A DNA stretch of 60,256 nt, counting the filler. It is 5 parts of 5 records of this genome, joined end to end, with 100 filler letters (N's around TTAATTAATTAA, not from the genome) between each part and the next. Parts side by side here need not be neighbours in the genome. Positions count along the whole stretch, not along the records: positions 21,676 to 47,942 come from SRR31156797_19898; positions 48,043 to 60,256 come from SRR31156797_19899; 3 more parts are not named here. One strand, given 5' to 3'. Positions 38,503-49,359 of this stretch are shown in pieces (the first letter of the stretch is position 1; the number at the start of each line of letters is the position of its first letter). The notes under the pieces are model-generated. The model saw nothing but the letters and a program-made list of their open reading frames with translations. It ran no database searches and was not told where the DNA came from. The position numbers were made by a program, and so were the translations under genes.

Positions 38503-40092
38503 GTGAAATCACTTCAGACCAGAGTTCTTATATTAGGTGGGGGAGCCACCGGAACCGGTTTGGCCAGAGATTTGGCCCTGCGGGGTGTCCCGTGCCTTTT
38601 GGCAGAACGACGAGATATCAACGCCGGTGCGTCCGGCGGCAACCACGGTCTTCTGCACAGCGGAGCACGGTATGTTGCCTCTGATATGGAAGCCGCTGTG
38701 GAGTGTCGGGAAGAAGGGGCCATCCTCAAGGCCGTTGCTCCTCAGTGTATTGAGGATACCGGTGGTCTTTTTGTCGCTGTTGAAGGTGATGATGAGCAGT
38801 ACGTGGCTGACTTCGAGGGCATGTGTCAAAAGAGTATTATCCCGGCCAAACAGCTTGATCTTGATGAAGCCCGTGAGATTGAACCGTTGCTTTCAGAGAA
38901 ACTTATTTCCGCCTATGCCGTTGAAGACGGTGCTGTTGATCCGTTTATGCTGTCGCTCGACAATATGGCGCACGCAATGACTCTTGGGGCGAAATCGATC
39001 AGAAATGCCAAGGTGGTTGGTTTTACCATGGGCAATGGTCGAATCCAACGGGCGTTGTTTCTGGATGAAACTTCGGGCGAGTCCTTCGAGGTAGAAGCGG
39101 ACCTTATAGTCAATGCAACCGGAGCGTGGGCAGGGCTTATTGCGGCCCTTGCTGGTGCTGAAATTCATATTTTGTATTCCTCTGGCAGTCTGCTCGTGAC
39201 GCAGGATAGGTTGACCAAACGTGTCATCAACAGACTCCGCAAGGCGTCGGATTCAGATATTCTTGTTCCAGGCGGAACCGTGTCTGTTTTGGGGACAACA
39301 TCGGTGACCATCGACTCTCCAGATGATTGCCGTCCGACAGTGGCAGAGACCGACAGGATTATCGAAGACGCTCAGGCAATGATTCCGGTCTTGGCAACAA
39401 CCCGCTATATCCGGGCTTATGCTGGTGTGCGGCCTCTTGTCCTTTCGGGTGAGAGCGGCGACGCGCGGAGTGTCAGCCGAGGCTTTTCCCTTATCGATCA
39501 TGCCCGTGACAATGTGGACAATTTCATCACCATTACTGGCGGTAAGCTGACGACGTATCGACTTATGGCCGAAAAGACGGCGGATATGGTCTGCAGGAAA
39601 CTCGGTGTGAAAGCTCCATGCCTGACGCGAACCGAGCCGTTGCCAGCATCAACTATGGGGCGGTGGACCGAACCGGGGTTAGCTCCAAAATCGTGGGTAC
39701 GGAACCGGGATGAGGATGATCTCATTTTGTGCGAGTGTGAGATGGTGTCACGTAATTCCATTGATTCCATCATTGAAAACATGCCGGGTATGCGTGGTAA
39801 TTCCATGCTCAAGGCCATTGGCATGCGCAGTCGTGTCGGCAAAGGCCCGTGTCAGGGGGGCTTTTGTGGACTGAGGATTACTGGACATCTCTACGACCAA
39901 GGGCATGTGTCCAACGCACAGGGATTGAATGAACTTAAGACATTTGTTGGTCGACGATGGCGCGGTTTTTCACCTGTCTTGTGGGGACTCCCCATGGTGC
40001 AGGCAGACTTGCAGGAAGCCTTGTATTGCGGTGCGCTTGATATGGAACTTGATCATAATACGGATGATTTTACCTGCGAGGATGACGAATGA
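38503..40092 (+). CDS. glpA: Anaerobic glycerol-3-phosphate dehydrogenase subunit A
   Basis: GGGATG, NHGLLHSGARY, GVRPL, GGKLTTYRLMAE, C-terminal BFD-like CECE..GPCQGGFC. Confidence 0.93.
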   Translation: MKSLQTRVLILGGGATGTGLARDLALRGVPCLLAERRDINAGASGGNHGLLHSGARYVASDMEAAVECREEGAILKAVAPQCIEDTGGLFVAVEGDDEQYVADFEGMCQKSIIPAKQLDLDEAREIEPLLSEKLISAYAVEDGAVDPFMLSLDNMAHAMTLGAKSIRNAKVVGFTMGNGRIQRALFLDETSGESFEVEADLIVNATGAWAGLIAALAGAEIHILYSSGSLLVTQDRLTKRVINRLRKASDSDILVPGGTVSVLGTTSVTIDSPDDCRPTVAETDRIIEDAQAMIPVLATTRYIRAYAGVRPLVLSGESGDARSVSRGFSLIDHARDNVDNFITITGGKLTTYRLMAEKTADMVCRKLGVKAPCLTRTEPLPASTMGRWTEPGLAPKSWVRNRDEDDLILCECEMVSRNSIDSIIENMPGMRGNSMLKAIGMRSRVGKGPCQGGFCGLRITGHLYDQGHVSNAQGLNELKTFVGRRWRGFSPVLWGLPMVQADLQEALYCGALDMELDHNTDDFTCEDDE

Positions 40093-41357
40093 CCAAAAGT
40101 GAAGACATATATGATGTCATGGTCATCGGAGCGGGCTTTGCTGGAATGGCTGCCGCGTTTTTTGCTTCGGCGCAAGGACTCAAGGTTGTGCAGACCGGAG
40201 CTACCGGGGGCATAGATTTCAGTACGGGCTTCATTGACCTTATGGGCGTTCATCCCATCGCCGAAGGGAGGCGGTGGAAGAATCCATGGTCAGCCATTGA
40301 AGCCGTGGTGCATGATTGTCCGAATCATCCATATGGGCTGCTTTCCAGTGATGAAATATTCGAATCCGTGGACTTGTTCACCCGATTCCTCGCGGAACAA
40401 GGGTTGGAATATGTTGGTTATACAGATCGCAATACCTGCTCCCTTACTCCGGCCGGAACAATCAAACGAACATATCGTGTTCCCAAAACGGCATGGGACG
40501 GGTCCGTGGCTCTCGGAACAAAGGCCCCGACACTGATTGTTGATTTTCATGGACTCAAGGGATTTAGCGGTACGCAACTTGTTGAGACACATAAGCATCA
40601 CTGGCCGGAGCTCAAAACTGCACGAATACAGTTTCCCGGCGGTCGAGGTGAGTTGTATCCCGAACATATGGCGTGGGCCTTGGCCGACCCGGCTGTTCAG
40701 GAAAAGATGATCGCCGCCATCATGCCTCATGCCGCTGATGTCGAGTATATTGGATTCCCTGCGGTTCTCGGTCTTAATGATCCTCAAAAAGTTGTGGATC
40801 ATCTGGAAGCGTTGTCTGGGAAAAAGATATTTGAAATTCCGACATTGCCACCATCCATTGCCGGTCCTCGTTTGCGTGCGGTTTTTGACCGTGGGCTTCC
40901 CGCTCAGGGCGTTCGCACTCACTCTCAAAAAATGGTGACGGATGTGAGGGAATTGGACAGCGGTATGTTCGAGTTCATGGTGGGGACGGGCGCAGCCATG
41001 CTCCCGGTGGTGGCAAAAAAAGCAATATTGGCCACCGGACGTTTTTTTGGCAAAGGGCTTCGTGCCGAGCGAAAGAATCTTGTTGAGCCGGTGTTTGATC
41101 TTCCTGTTGTGCAGCCTGAAACTCGTGAACAATGGCATAAACAGGATTTTTTTGCGCCGCAGGGGCATTCGGTGAACAGCGCGGGCATAGAGGTCGATGA
41201 AAGGCTACGGCCTCTCGGCCAATCAGGACGCCCTGCGTATGACAATCTTCATGCGGCAGGAGCTGTCTTGGCTCATCATGACTGGATGCGTATGAAATGC
41301 GGAGCCGGGCTTGCCATTGCCACGGCATACAAGGCTGTGAAGGAATTGATGCGATAA
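40089..41357 (+). CDS. glpB: Anaerobic glycerol-3-phosphate dehydrogenase subunit B
   Basis: GAGFAG, FEIPTLPPSIAGPRL, LATGRFFGKGL, CGAGLAIATA. Confidence 0.9.
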   Translation: MTKSEDIYDVMVIGAGFAGMAAAFFASAQGLKVVQTGATGGIDFSTGFIDLMGVHPIAEGRRWKNPWSAIEAVVHDCPNHPYGLLSSDEIFESVDLFTRFLAEQGLEYVGYTDRNTCSLTPAGTIKRTYRVPKTAWDGSVALGTKAPTLIVDFHGLKGFSGTQLVETHKHHWPELKTARIQFPGGRGELYPEHMAWALADPAVQEKMIAAIMPHAADVEYIGFPAVLGLNDPQKVVDHLEALSGKKIFEIPTLPPSIAGPRLRAVFDRGLPAQGVRTHSQKMVTDVRELDSGMFEFMVGTGAAMLPVVAKKAILATGRFFGKGLRAERKNLVEPVFDLPVVQPETREQWHKQDFFAPQGHSVNSAGIEVDERLRPLGQSGRPAYDNLHAAGAVLAHHDWMRMKCGAGLAIATAYKAVKELMR

Positions 41358-41391
41358 CGGCGCACCCGATAGCGGGCAAGAAGGAAGGGGT

Positions 41392-43035
41392 ATGATTTTT
41401 TTTGATATCGGCCTGACCTTGGCACTCACCATATGCGTGATCGGTATTATCTACCGTGTTGCCCGATGGCGCGGGGAATGGACTTCCCGCATGCCACAGC
41501 CTTCTTCCGGTTTTCTCTTGTGGATCGGTCGTGCAGTCAAAGCACTGATTCTTGATGTTGTGCTTTTGGCGCGAAGTGGCAGGACAAGCTTTTTACGGTG
41601 GCTGGCACATAGCCTCGTCTTTTTGGGTTTCATGGGGCTTCTTTTATTCCATGCCATGGACGAGACGGTCACGGCGACCTTTTTCCCTTCCTACGAGTCC
41701 ACCCTTGACCCTTGGCAGTTCCTGCGCAACCTGTTTGGAGCCATGACGTTGGTCGGGCTTGTGCTCATGGTGTATCGCCGGGTGTGTTCAACCAAACTTC
41801 GTTTTTTGACGCATTTTCAGGACTGGGCGGCATTGTTGATTCTCGGTTGTATTATCGTCTCGGGATTCTTTTTGGAGGCATCAAAGATCATGTCTCCAGC
41901 GGTTTTTGATCGGATGACCGATGAATATTTCGTTCCGGGAGAGGTCGGTGATCTGACTGCCTTGAAGGCTTATTGGGCTCATGAATACGGTGTTGTTTTT
42001 TCCGTGGAGTACCCCATGGATGAAGAAACACTCGAACTCGGGGCAAGTCTTGACGAAGACAGTTGCGTCGACTGCCATGCCAACACAGCCACCGCGTTTG
42101 TTTCGCGTCCATTGGCAACAGCCCTTACCCCGGTGGCGTTTGCCTTGAATACGAGCAGGGCGGATCAGGTCTTTTGGTATTTTCATGTCATATTTTGTTT
42201 TATCGCGTTGGCTGCCTTACCGTTTGGGAAATTTTTCCATCCGGTGTCCACGCCGATCAATCTGGTTGTGCGACAAGGGCGGCGGGATGATCTTGAAGAA
42301 TTTCAGCCTTCTGATGTATGTCGGAGCATAGGCATGGATGCTTGCACCCGGTGTGGGGAGTGCAGTCTGCATTGCAGTGTGGCTCCGGCTTTTACGGTTC
42401 TCGGAAATCAAAACATACTGCCTTCGGAAAAACTCGCTTCCCTCAAGCAGTTTCAGACTGGTGAGCTCATATCTCAAGCCGGTCTGACCGCTTTTTCGGA
42501 AGGGAGTCGTATTTGTACGGAATGTCTGCGGTGCACGGATATCTGTCCGGCCGGAATCAATCTTCAGGATTTATGGATTGCATCCAAAGCCCGGATAACC
42601 AAGCTGGCACCGAGTCCCAATGATCTGTTGCGAAATAAAACGGCAACTCAGCGAGCGCGAGTCTTTGATGATTTGTGCAAGTCTTCATCCATTTTGCCAG
42701 CCGTGACCGGGCTTGCGGACGACTCCGCCTCCTATTGGGCCTGTGTGCAGTGCACTACCTGTACGAGTGTCTGTCCAGTGGTTGCGGTTTGCGAAGATCC
42801 ATCACGCGATCTTGATCTTTTGCCGCAACAGATCATGAATTTGCTGCGAATGGGACTCAAGGAAGAAACGCTTGGAGCACGCATGATTTGGAGTTGTACG
42901 ACCTGTTATAAATGTCAGGAACATTGTCCACAGGATATCCGTGTGGCCGACGTCCTTTATGAATTGCGAAATACCGTTGCCGCCCGAGTTCGGGATGGCG
43001 GTGCCAGTTGCGAAGGAAACGGAGAATCTTTGTGA
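41392..43035 (+). CDS. Membrane-bound NarI/HdrE-like plus HdrC-like Fe-S protein with a CxxCH motif
   Basis: About 5 TM helices with His (WLAHS, LFHA, YFHV, KFFHP); CVDCH in a loop; four ferredoxin motifs (CTRCGECSLHCS, CTECLRCTDICP, CVQCTTCTSVCP, CTTCYKCQEHCP). Confidence 0.8.
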   Translation: MIFFDIGLTLALTICVIGIIYRVARWRGEWTSRMPQPSSGFLLWIGRAVKALILDVVLLARSGRTSFLRWLAHSLVFLGFMGLLLFHAMDETVTATFFPSYESTLDPWQFLRNLFGAMTLVGLVLMVYRRVCSTKLRFLTHFQDWAALLILGCIIVSGFFLEASKIMSPAVFDRMTDEYFVPGEVGDLTALKAYWAHEYGVVFSVEYPMDEETLELGASLDEDSCVDCHANTATAFVSRPLATALTPVAFALNTSRADQVFWYFHVIFCFIALAALPFGKFFHPVSTPINLVVRQGRRDDLEEFQPSDVCRSIGMDACTRCGECSLHCSVAPAFTVLGNQNILPSEKLASLKQFQTGELISQAGLTAFSEGSRICTECLRCTDICPAGINLQDLWIASKARITKLAPSPNDLLRNKTATQRARVFDDLCKSSSILPAVTGLADDSASYWACVQCTTCTSVCPVVAVCEDPSRDLDLLPQQIMNLLRMGLKEETLGARMIWSCTTCYKCQEHCPQDIRVADVLYELRNTVAARVRDGGASCEGNGESL

Positions 43036-43889
43036 AGTACGCCTATTTCCCGGGGTGTAAAATCCCTCACCATCTTCCTGAATACGGTGCATCCGTTGAA
43101 GCCGTATGCAAAGCTTTAGCTATTGAACTGGTGCCGCTTGAATTCAACTGTTGCGGCTGGCCTGTGCGGCATGAAAATGAACTGGCTTCAATTTTTTCGG
43201 CGGTACGAAATTTTGCGGTTGCCGAAAAGGCAGGGTTGCCGATTTTTACTCCCTGCAAATGTTGTTTCGGTAATCTGAAATATGCCCAGTCCAGAATGGC
43301 GGAAGACGAAAAACTCTCAGCTCAGGTCGAATCCCTTTTGGTTCAAGATGGTTTGGCGTTACCCAAGTCCATGGATGTTTTTCATATGTTGACAATTTTT
43401 GACGAACAGGTCGGGGCCGAAATCCTCTACCGACGGACCGCAAATCCTTTGGAGGGAGTGAAGGTGGCTTGCCATTATGGTTGTCATGCACTCCGTCCGG
43501 GGAATGTCACTGGGTTTGATGACCCCATGGCCCCGACCGTGTTCGAAAGAATCATGCAGGCCATTGGAGCAGAGCCTGTTGATTGGGATTTACGGTTGGA
43601 ATGTTGCGGATATCCCTTGCGTGGGCGTGATGACACTATTTCCGAAGCCCTGATGCGTAAGAAACTTGAGGATGCGGCTTCGGTTGGTGCTGATGTCATG
43701 GCCACGGCCTGTACGTATTGTCAGCTTCAGTTTGATAAGGAGCGTGACGGGCTTCCGTATAGTGATCCGCTTCGGAAGGCACCGCCTGCAGTGCTCGTCA
43801 GTCAGTTGATAGGTATTGCCTTAGGATTGGAGGCGAATGCGCTTGGACTGGAGAGGAATTGTCTTCCTTGGCAGCCACCTGGTTTTTAA
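43032..43889 (+). CDS. HdrB-like CCG-domain protein
   Basis: YFPGC, NCCG, PCKCC, HYGCH, ECCG, ACTYC; GTG start overlaps the upstream TGA (GTGA) after GGAG. Confidence 0.88.
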   Translation: MKYAYFPGCKIPHHLPEYGASVEAVCKALAIELVPLEFNCCGWPVRHENELASIFSAVRNFAVAEKAGLPIFTPCKCCFGNLKYAQSRMAEDEKLSAQVESLLVQDGLALPKSMDVFHMLTIFDEQVGAEILYRRTANPLEGVKVACHYGCHALRPGNVTGFDDPMAPTVFERIMQAIGAEPVDWDLRLECCGYPLRGRDDTISEALMRKKLEDAASVGADVMATACTYCQLQFDKERDGLPYSDPLRKAPPAVLVSQLIGIALGLEANALGLERNCLPWQPPGF

Positions 43890-43961
43890 GGATGTATCTT
43901 TATGGTATAGACGCAATCATCATCATGAATGTCACGTTTGGGATTGAATAAGGAGAGCGAC

Positions 43962-45473
43962 ATGGCGAAATATATCGGAGCCGTTGATTCCGGGACCACG
44001 AGCAGCAGATTTATTATTTTTGACGAACGTGGCCGTATTGTCGGTCTTGATCAGAAGGAACATGAACAGATTTATCCCAAACCGGGATGGGTCGAACATG
44101 ATCCCATGGAGATATGGAACAATACGCAGGAAGTTATCAAGGGAGCCTTGACCAAGTCCGGTATCAAGGGGTCGGAACTGGCAGCCATCGGTATCACCAA
44201 TCAGCGTGAAACTACGATTGTTTGGGATCGATATACCGGGAAACCTTTCTACAATGCCATTGTCTGGCAGTGTACCCGTACCCACAAAATTTGTAAGGAA
44301 CTCACGGCCGATGGCGGTCAAGATCGTTTTCGCGAGAAGACCGGCCTGCCTATCGCAACATATTTTTCCGGCCCGAAAATCAAGTGGATTCTGGATAATA
44401 TTCCTGAAGCACGTGCCGCTGCCGAAAAGGGTGATGCCATGTTTGGTACCATCGAAACGTGGATCATCTGGTGGCTCACAGGCGGGCCGAAGGGCGGTGC
44501 TCATGTCACTGATGTTACCAACGCCAGTCGGACAATGCTCATGGATCTCAAGACCCTGGAATGGGATGAGGATATTATGAAGGTCATGGGCATTCCTGCC
44601 GAGGGCCTTGCTCGCATTGTGCCGTCATCTGATCAGGCAACATGGGGACCGACATCGGAAAGTGGGCCTCTGGGCGCACGTGTTCCGGTTTGCGGTGCGG
44701 TGGGCGATCAGCAGGCTGCATTGGTCGGCCAGACGTGTTTTGCGCCGGGGCAGGCAAAGAATACTTACGGCACCGGTTGTTTCTTGCTCATGCACACAGG
44801 GCATAAGCCTATTCAGTCCAAGCATGGCTTGATCACGACACTCGCCTATCAGTTCAGCGGACGTAAACCGTCATATTGTCTTGAAGGTTCCATCGCCATT
44901 GCCGGTGCGTTGGTCCAATGGTTGCGAGACAATCTTCAGATGTTTGATTCCGCTCCCGAAGTCGAAGCATTGGCAAAAAAAGTGGAAGATACCGGCGGTA
45001 TGTATATTGTCCCGGCTTTTTCAGGCCTGTATGCACCATACTGGCGACCTGATGCCCGGGGAGTCATGGTCGGCCTGACTCGATATATCAATCGTAACCA
45101 TATTGCCCGTGCCGTTCTGGAGGCCACCGCCTATCAGACCAAGGACATTGTGGAAGCCATGAATAAGGATTCCGGCGTGGTCTTGGAAACCCTCAAGGCT
45201 GATGGTGGCATGGTTTTCAATGAATTACTCATGCAGTTTCAGTCGGATATTCTGGATGTTCCGGTTGTTCGCCCCAAGGTGGCTGAGACCACTTGTCTCG
45301 GAGCAGCCTATGCAGCGGGTATCGCCGTTGGCTTCTGGTCTGGGCGTGAGGAGTTGTACAACAACTGGGAAGAAGACAAGACGTGGCAGCCGGACATGGA
45401 TGAGAAGGATCGGACCGAAGGATACAACGGGTGGAAAAAGGCTGTCGAACGCACGTATGATTGGGTTGATTAG
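43962..45473 (+). CDS. glpK: Glycerol kinase
   Basis: [53 protein letters not shown] before ATG 43962. Confidence 0.96.
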   Translation: MAKYIGAVDSGTTSSRFIIFDERGRIVGLDQKEHEQIYPKPGWVEHDPMEIWNNTQEVIKGALTKSGIKGSELAAIGITNQRETTIVWDRYTGKPFYNAIVWQCTRTHKICKELTADGGQDRFREKTGLPIATYFSGPKIKWILDNIPEARAAAEKGDAMFGTIETWIIWWLTGGPKGGAHVTDVTNASRTMLMDLKTLEWDEDIMKVMGIPAEGLARIVPSSDQATWGPTSESGPLGARVPVCGAVGDQQAALVGQTCFAPGQAKNTYGTGCFLLMHTGHKPIQSKHGLITTLAYQFSGRKPSYCLEGSIAIAGALVQWLRDNLQMFDSAPEVEALAKKVEDTGGMYIVPAFSGLYAPYWRPDARGVMVGLTRYINRNHIARAVLEATAYQTKDIVEAMNKDSGVVLETLKADGGMVFNELLMQFQSDILDVPVVRPKVAETTCLGAAYAAGIAVGFWSGREELYNNWEEDKTWQPDMDEKDRTEGYNGWKKAVERTYDWVD

Positions 45474-45551
45474 GCCAAGTATCTGAAATATGATAGAGCA
45501 AGGCGGTCGAGTGTGGCTGCCTTGTCTTTTTCAGCGTGAGTGAGGCTCGAA

Positions 45552-46670
45552 ATGCAGATGTACACGTCCCCTTCGAAACGAATTCCCATGCTCGATATTG
45601 CCCGTTTTTTCGGTATGATATTGGTTTATTATGGCCATATTATTGAACGGATAATGTATCTCGAAAATCCAACAGCCACTGCTCAATACAAATTTATTTA
45701 TTCATTCCACATGCCCTTTTTCTTTCTTCTGGCCGGGTTCACTCTTGCGCCGGAAAAGATGGTGCTACCTGTGGGGAAGTTCTTCAAAAAGGTGTTGGCT
45801 TCACGACTTGTTCCCTATTTTGTTTTTACCGCCGTATTGGCGATTTTGAGTCTGCTTTTTGTTGGTCATTTCGTGGTTATCGATCTGTCAACTGCAGACG
45901 GGTACCTCAAGGGGATAATCGCGACCCTGTTGGGTTTCCCTGTGTTTAACATCCCTCTCTGGTTTATGGCCTGTTTGGTCTCCGTCGAAATATTGCATTT
46001 CTTTGTCGGCCGATTCCTCAACAGTACGTTTAGGATTCTTGGTGCAGCCATTGCCTTTTATGTTGGGGGATACGCCTTGACCGCGACCATTCAGTTTATT
46101 CCCGGTCCCAATTTTTGGCTTATTCATGAAGCCCTGGTTGTGTATGCCTTTTATCTGGTAGGTGTATTGTTCCGTCGCAACGGCATTATGCTTGGCAGAC
46201 AGCCGCGGTGGCGGCTTCTTTTTGCGACCGCAGTGTGTCTGCTGATTGTGGTGTTTACCTATGATGTGAACGAAGGACCATTCAGACTCTTTGACGCTGT
46301 TGTTATCGTCTTGTCAGGACATGGAAATATTTTGCTTTTCCCGCTCACGGCGTTAGCTGGCAGTTTGATGATCCTTTTGCTTGCGCGAAGCTCAGGTGCC
46401 AACAACTTCCTGATGTTCATGGGAGAAAATGCTTTGATTCTTTTTTGTCTCAACGGCATTTTTTACCATTTTTTCAACGGGCCGTTTGCCGCATGGTTCG
46501 TTGCGACATTCCCCGGTCACAGGATGGCAGTAACAGGCGCGGGAATGGCGTTTACCGTTGTTAGTCTGACATGTTGCGTTCCGTGTGTCTGGTTGCTCAA
46601 CGCCTATGTGCCGCAACTGGTCGGCAAGCCACGGCAGCAAGGGCCGCTTCTTCCCAGATTTTTGCGGTAA
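45552..46670 (+). CDS. Acyltransferase family 3 membrane protein
   Basis: DIARFFGMILVYYGH, IYSFHMPFFFLLAG, PLWFMACL; multi-TM. Confidence 0.85.
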   Translation: MQMYTSPSKRIPMLDIARFFGMILVYYGHIIERIMYLENPTATAQYKFIYSFHMPFFFLLAGFTLAPEKMVLPVGKFFKKVLASRLVPYFVFTAVLAILSLLFVGHFVVIDLSTADGYLKGIIATLLGFPVFNIPLWFMACLVSVEILHFFVGRFLNSTFRILGAAIAFYVGGYALTATIQFIPGPNFWLIHEALVVYAFYLVGVLFRRNGIMLGRQPRWRLLFATAVCLLIVVFTYDVNEGPFRLFDAVVIVLSGHGNILLFPLTALAGSLMILLLARSSGANNFLMFMGENALILFCLNGIFYHFFNGPFAAWFVATFPGHRMAVTGAGMAFTVVSLTCCVPCVWLLNAYVPQLVGKPRQQGPLLPRFLR

Positions 46671-46674
46671 TGTT

Positions 46675-47829
46675 TTAAAGCGCCAGATTGAGGATTTCAG
46701 TTAGTTCGGTTTTGCTTAAAAGAACAGGATTCCCTTTCATACTGCTGGCAGCGGCGGCTTTGTCGGCCAGATCGCTGAAATGTGTGGTCTCTACTCCCAT
46801 GTCTTTGAGCGTGGGGATTTTCATGTTCGTACAGAGTTCCCGTACCCATTTGATGCCATCTTCCGGCGTTGCGTTGACGTTTCCGGTCAGTATGACGGCT
46901 GTTTCCGTATATGCATCAAGGCTCGGAGATTTCGGCTCACGTTTCCTGAGAGCGTTGATGTTGATTTCCATTACAGAAGGGAGCAGGGCTGCGCATACAG
47001 CACCGTGCGGTGCCTTGAATTCGCCGCCGAGGGGAGCGGCAAAACCATGGACTGCGCCGAGTTTGGCATTGGATAATGCAATGCCGGAAAAAAGGCTGGC
47101 AAGGGCCATGTCTTCACGGGCTGAACTGTTTGAACCTTCAACATACGCGACATGCAATGAACGGGCAGCGCGAAGCATCCCTTCGCGGCACAAGGCATCG
47201 GTTATGGGATTAGCCTTGTTGGAAACAAACGCTTCCATGAGTTGAGTCAGGGCATCCATGCCCGTGGCAGCGGTCAGACTTGGCGGCATATCCTTGGTCA
47301 GTTCAGGATCGACCACAGCAATATTCGGAATCATTCCCGATGAACGCATACTGACTTTCACGCCATGTCGAGGTGAGAGAATGACGGCGTTAGATGTGAC
47401 TTCCGAACCAGTGCCTGACGTTGTGGGAACCGCGATGAGCGGGACAGGAGCTTGCGTGAGTGGTTGTCTTTTTCCAATGACTTCAAGGTAATCAAGAAGG
47501 TCGGCGTGGTTGGTAAGAAGTGCGGCCAAAGCTTTCCCGGCGTCAAGCACACTCCCGCCGCCAACAGCCACAACGACATCACATCCGGCTTGGCGTGCAG
47601 CTACTGCATTTTGTGAGATTGTTTCTACATTCGGTTCGCCGGATATGGAGATGATATGTGGAGTAAGCCCTTTATTTTTCAGACCGTCGATGGCCCATTG
47701 CACTCGTTTGGAGGAACTGCCGATAACAAGGCAGACTGAAGTCCCCAGCGTTGCAGCCAAGTCGGGAATATCTTTTGAGGAGTTGGGGCCGAAAATTATT
47801 CGTGGAGCGGTGGCGAATTCAAATTGCAT
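46675..47829 (-). CDS. Iron-containing alcohol dehydrogenase
   Basis: GGGSVLDAGK, PTTSGTGSEVT, DALTQ, GAVHG, HGAVC. Start placed at ATG 47829 after AAGGA. Confidence 0.9.
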   Translation of the reverse strand: MQFEFATAPRIIFGPNSSKDIPDLAATLGTSVCLVIGSSSKRVQWAIDGLKNKGLTPHIISISGEPNVETISQNAVAARQAGCDVVVAVGGGSVLDAGKALAALLTNHADLLDYLEVIGKRQPLTQAPVPLIAVPTTSGTGSEVTSNAVILSPRHGVKVSMRSSGMIPNIAVVDPELTKDMPPSLTAATGMDALTQLMEAFVSNKANPITDALCREGMLRAARSLHVAYVEGSNSSAREDMALASLFSGIALSNAKLGAVHGFAAPLGGEFKAPHGAVCAALLPSVMEININALRKREPKSPSLDAYTETAVILTGNVNATPEDGIKWVRELCTNMKIPTLKDMGVETTHFSDLADKAAAASSMKGNPVLLSKTELTEILNLAL

Positions 47830-47942
47830 GGGGTGATCCTTTGGAATCGGTTCTGAAATGCTCATGCCGTTTTGAATATCATTTCGATTCAGTCCCTTCA
47901 AGCGGGGGGGGGGCCTCCGGCGGGCCTACCGGCGGTCGCTTT

Positions 47943-48042
47943 NNNNNNNNNNNNNNNNNNNNNNNNNNNNNNNNNNNNNNNNNNNNTTAATTAATTAANN
48001 NNNNNNNNNNNNNNNNNNNNNNNNNNNNNNNNNNNNNNNNNN
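47943..48042. other. Artificial contig linker
   Basis: N44-TTAATTAATTAA-N44. Confidence 0.97.
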
Positions 48043-49236
48043 TCCTATCATCTCACCCATTTGTGCCATTTTTGCTTGATTGAAAAGAAGCTCTTCTTGG
48101 ATCTTGTTTTGTTTTTGAAGCTCCATATTTAGCTCAGTAATCTGTGTAATATCATTTAAAAATAGCTTGATGATATTATCTTCCAGCATAGTTCCATAAT
48201 GCCCTTTTATTTGATAATACCGTTTATTTATTACTATGGTTTTATGAAGTACCATACTTTGTTTTAGATCTTCTAGTATCTGTTCCCAAAGTTCAGACGG
48301 AATAACTTTTGTGATTGGATCATCAATATGCACATCAAAGTTTGCTTTTGTGATCCCATTAGTCCAAAAGATCACTTGCTCATCACCAAGATCAAGTATC
48401 TCTATCACATACTCTTGTAGTGCATTAAAAGTATCTCGTGCATCATAAAGTTTTGATTCTAAAAATGTGGTATAGTTTCCTTTAAGACCACTTACAAGAT
48501 CTTTGGTGCTTAAGATATGAAAAGTTTCAAACTGATCATCATTTAAAACTATTTTACGAATATTATTGGTTCTCATAATTGTAATAATATCACTTAAAGA
48601 ATAGTTGACATCTGCTTGAATTAACGGGGATCTTGCAAAGTTTTTTACCGCTTGATTTTGGTCTATATTTTGCTGGGCAAGTTTTACGATATCACTCTCA
48701 GAGATGAGTCCATAAGGGATATTCTCTTTTGCTATTAATACTGCTGAGAGTTTATCTTTTACCATACTAGAAAGCACATCTTTTAAGTGAGCACTTTCAT
48801 CAAAGATATTTGCTTGATTATCTGGCTTTAAAAGTTGGTGAATATTGATACTAGTTCGATTGAGTTGATCTTCTAGTTCATAGACGATTCGCTCTTGCTC
48901 TATACACCCTACATATTCCCCTTTTCCATTGATCACAATAACTCTTTTGATATTATTATCGATCATCATACTTAAAGCATGATTTACCATACGTGAGCTA
49001 TGGAGAGTGATAAGATTTTTTAAAGCAAAATCAAAAACCTTTTCTTTAAAACTCACATGCTCTTTAAAAAGTCTCAAAATATCACTTTGGGTAATGATCC
49101 CTGTAGGGATTTTCTTTTTATCTAAGATAACAAGATGGTGAAGATGATATTTTGACATAATATCAATAGCTTCTTGCAAGCTTATATTTCGAGTGATTGT
49201 GTCATTGGATTCATAGATAAAATTCTTTAAAAACAT
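48043..49236 (-). CDS. CBS-domain sensor, probably a histidine kinase (3' truncated)
   Basis: Four CBS repeats (GIITQSDI, GCIEQERI, GLISESDI, ILSTKDL), a PAS-like segment, then LLFNQAKMAQMGEMIG pre-H-box. Confidence 0.8.
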
Positions 49237-49359
49237 TTGAAATTATACTCTAAAATACTAAAAAATATTATTAATATACTATTTTTTAAAAAATTACAAT
49301 TGTAAGCTCTAATTATGTTCATGATAGAATATAAATAAATAATAATAAAGGTTTGGAAA

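Noticed and set aside
47900-47942. G-run/GC hairpin at the contig end, possible REP-like repeat
   Set aside because: Truncated single copy; it may explain the assembly break but cannot be supported further.
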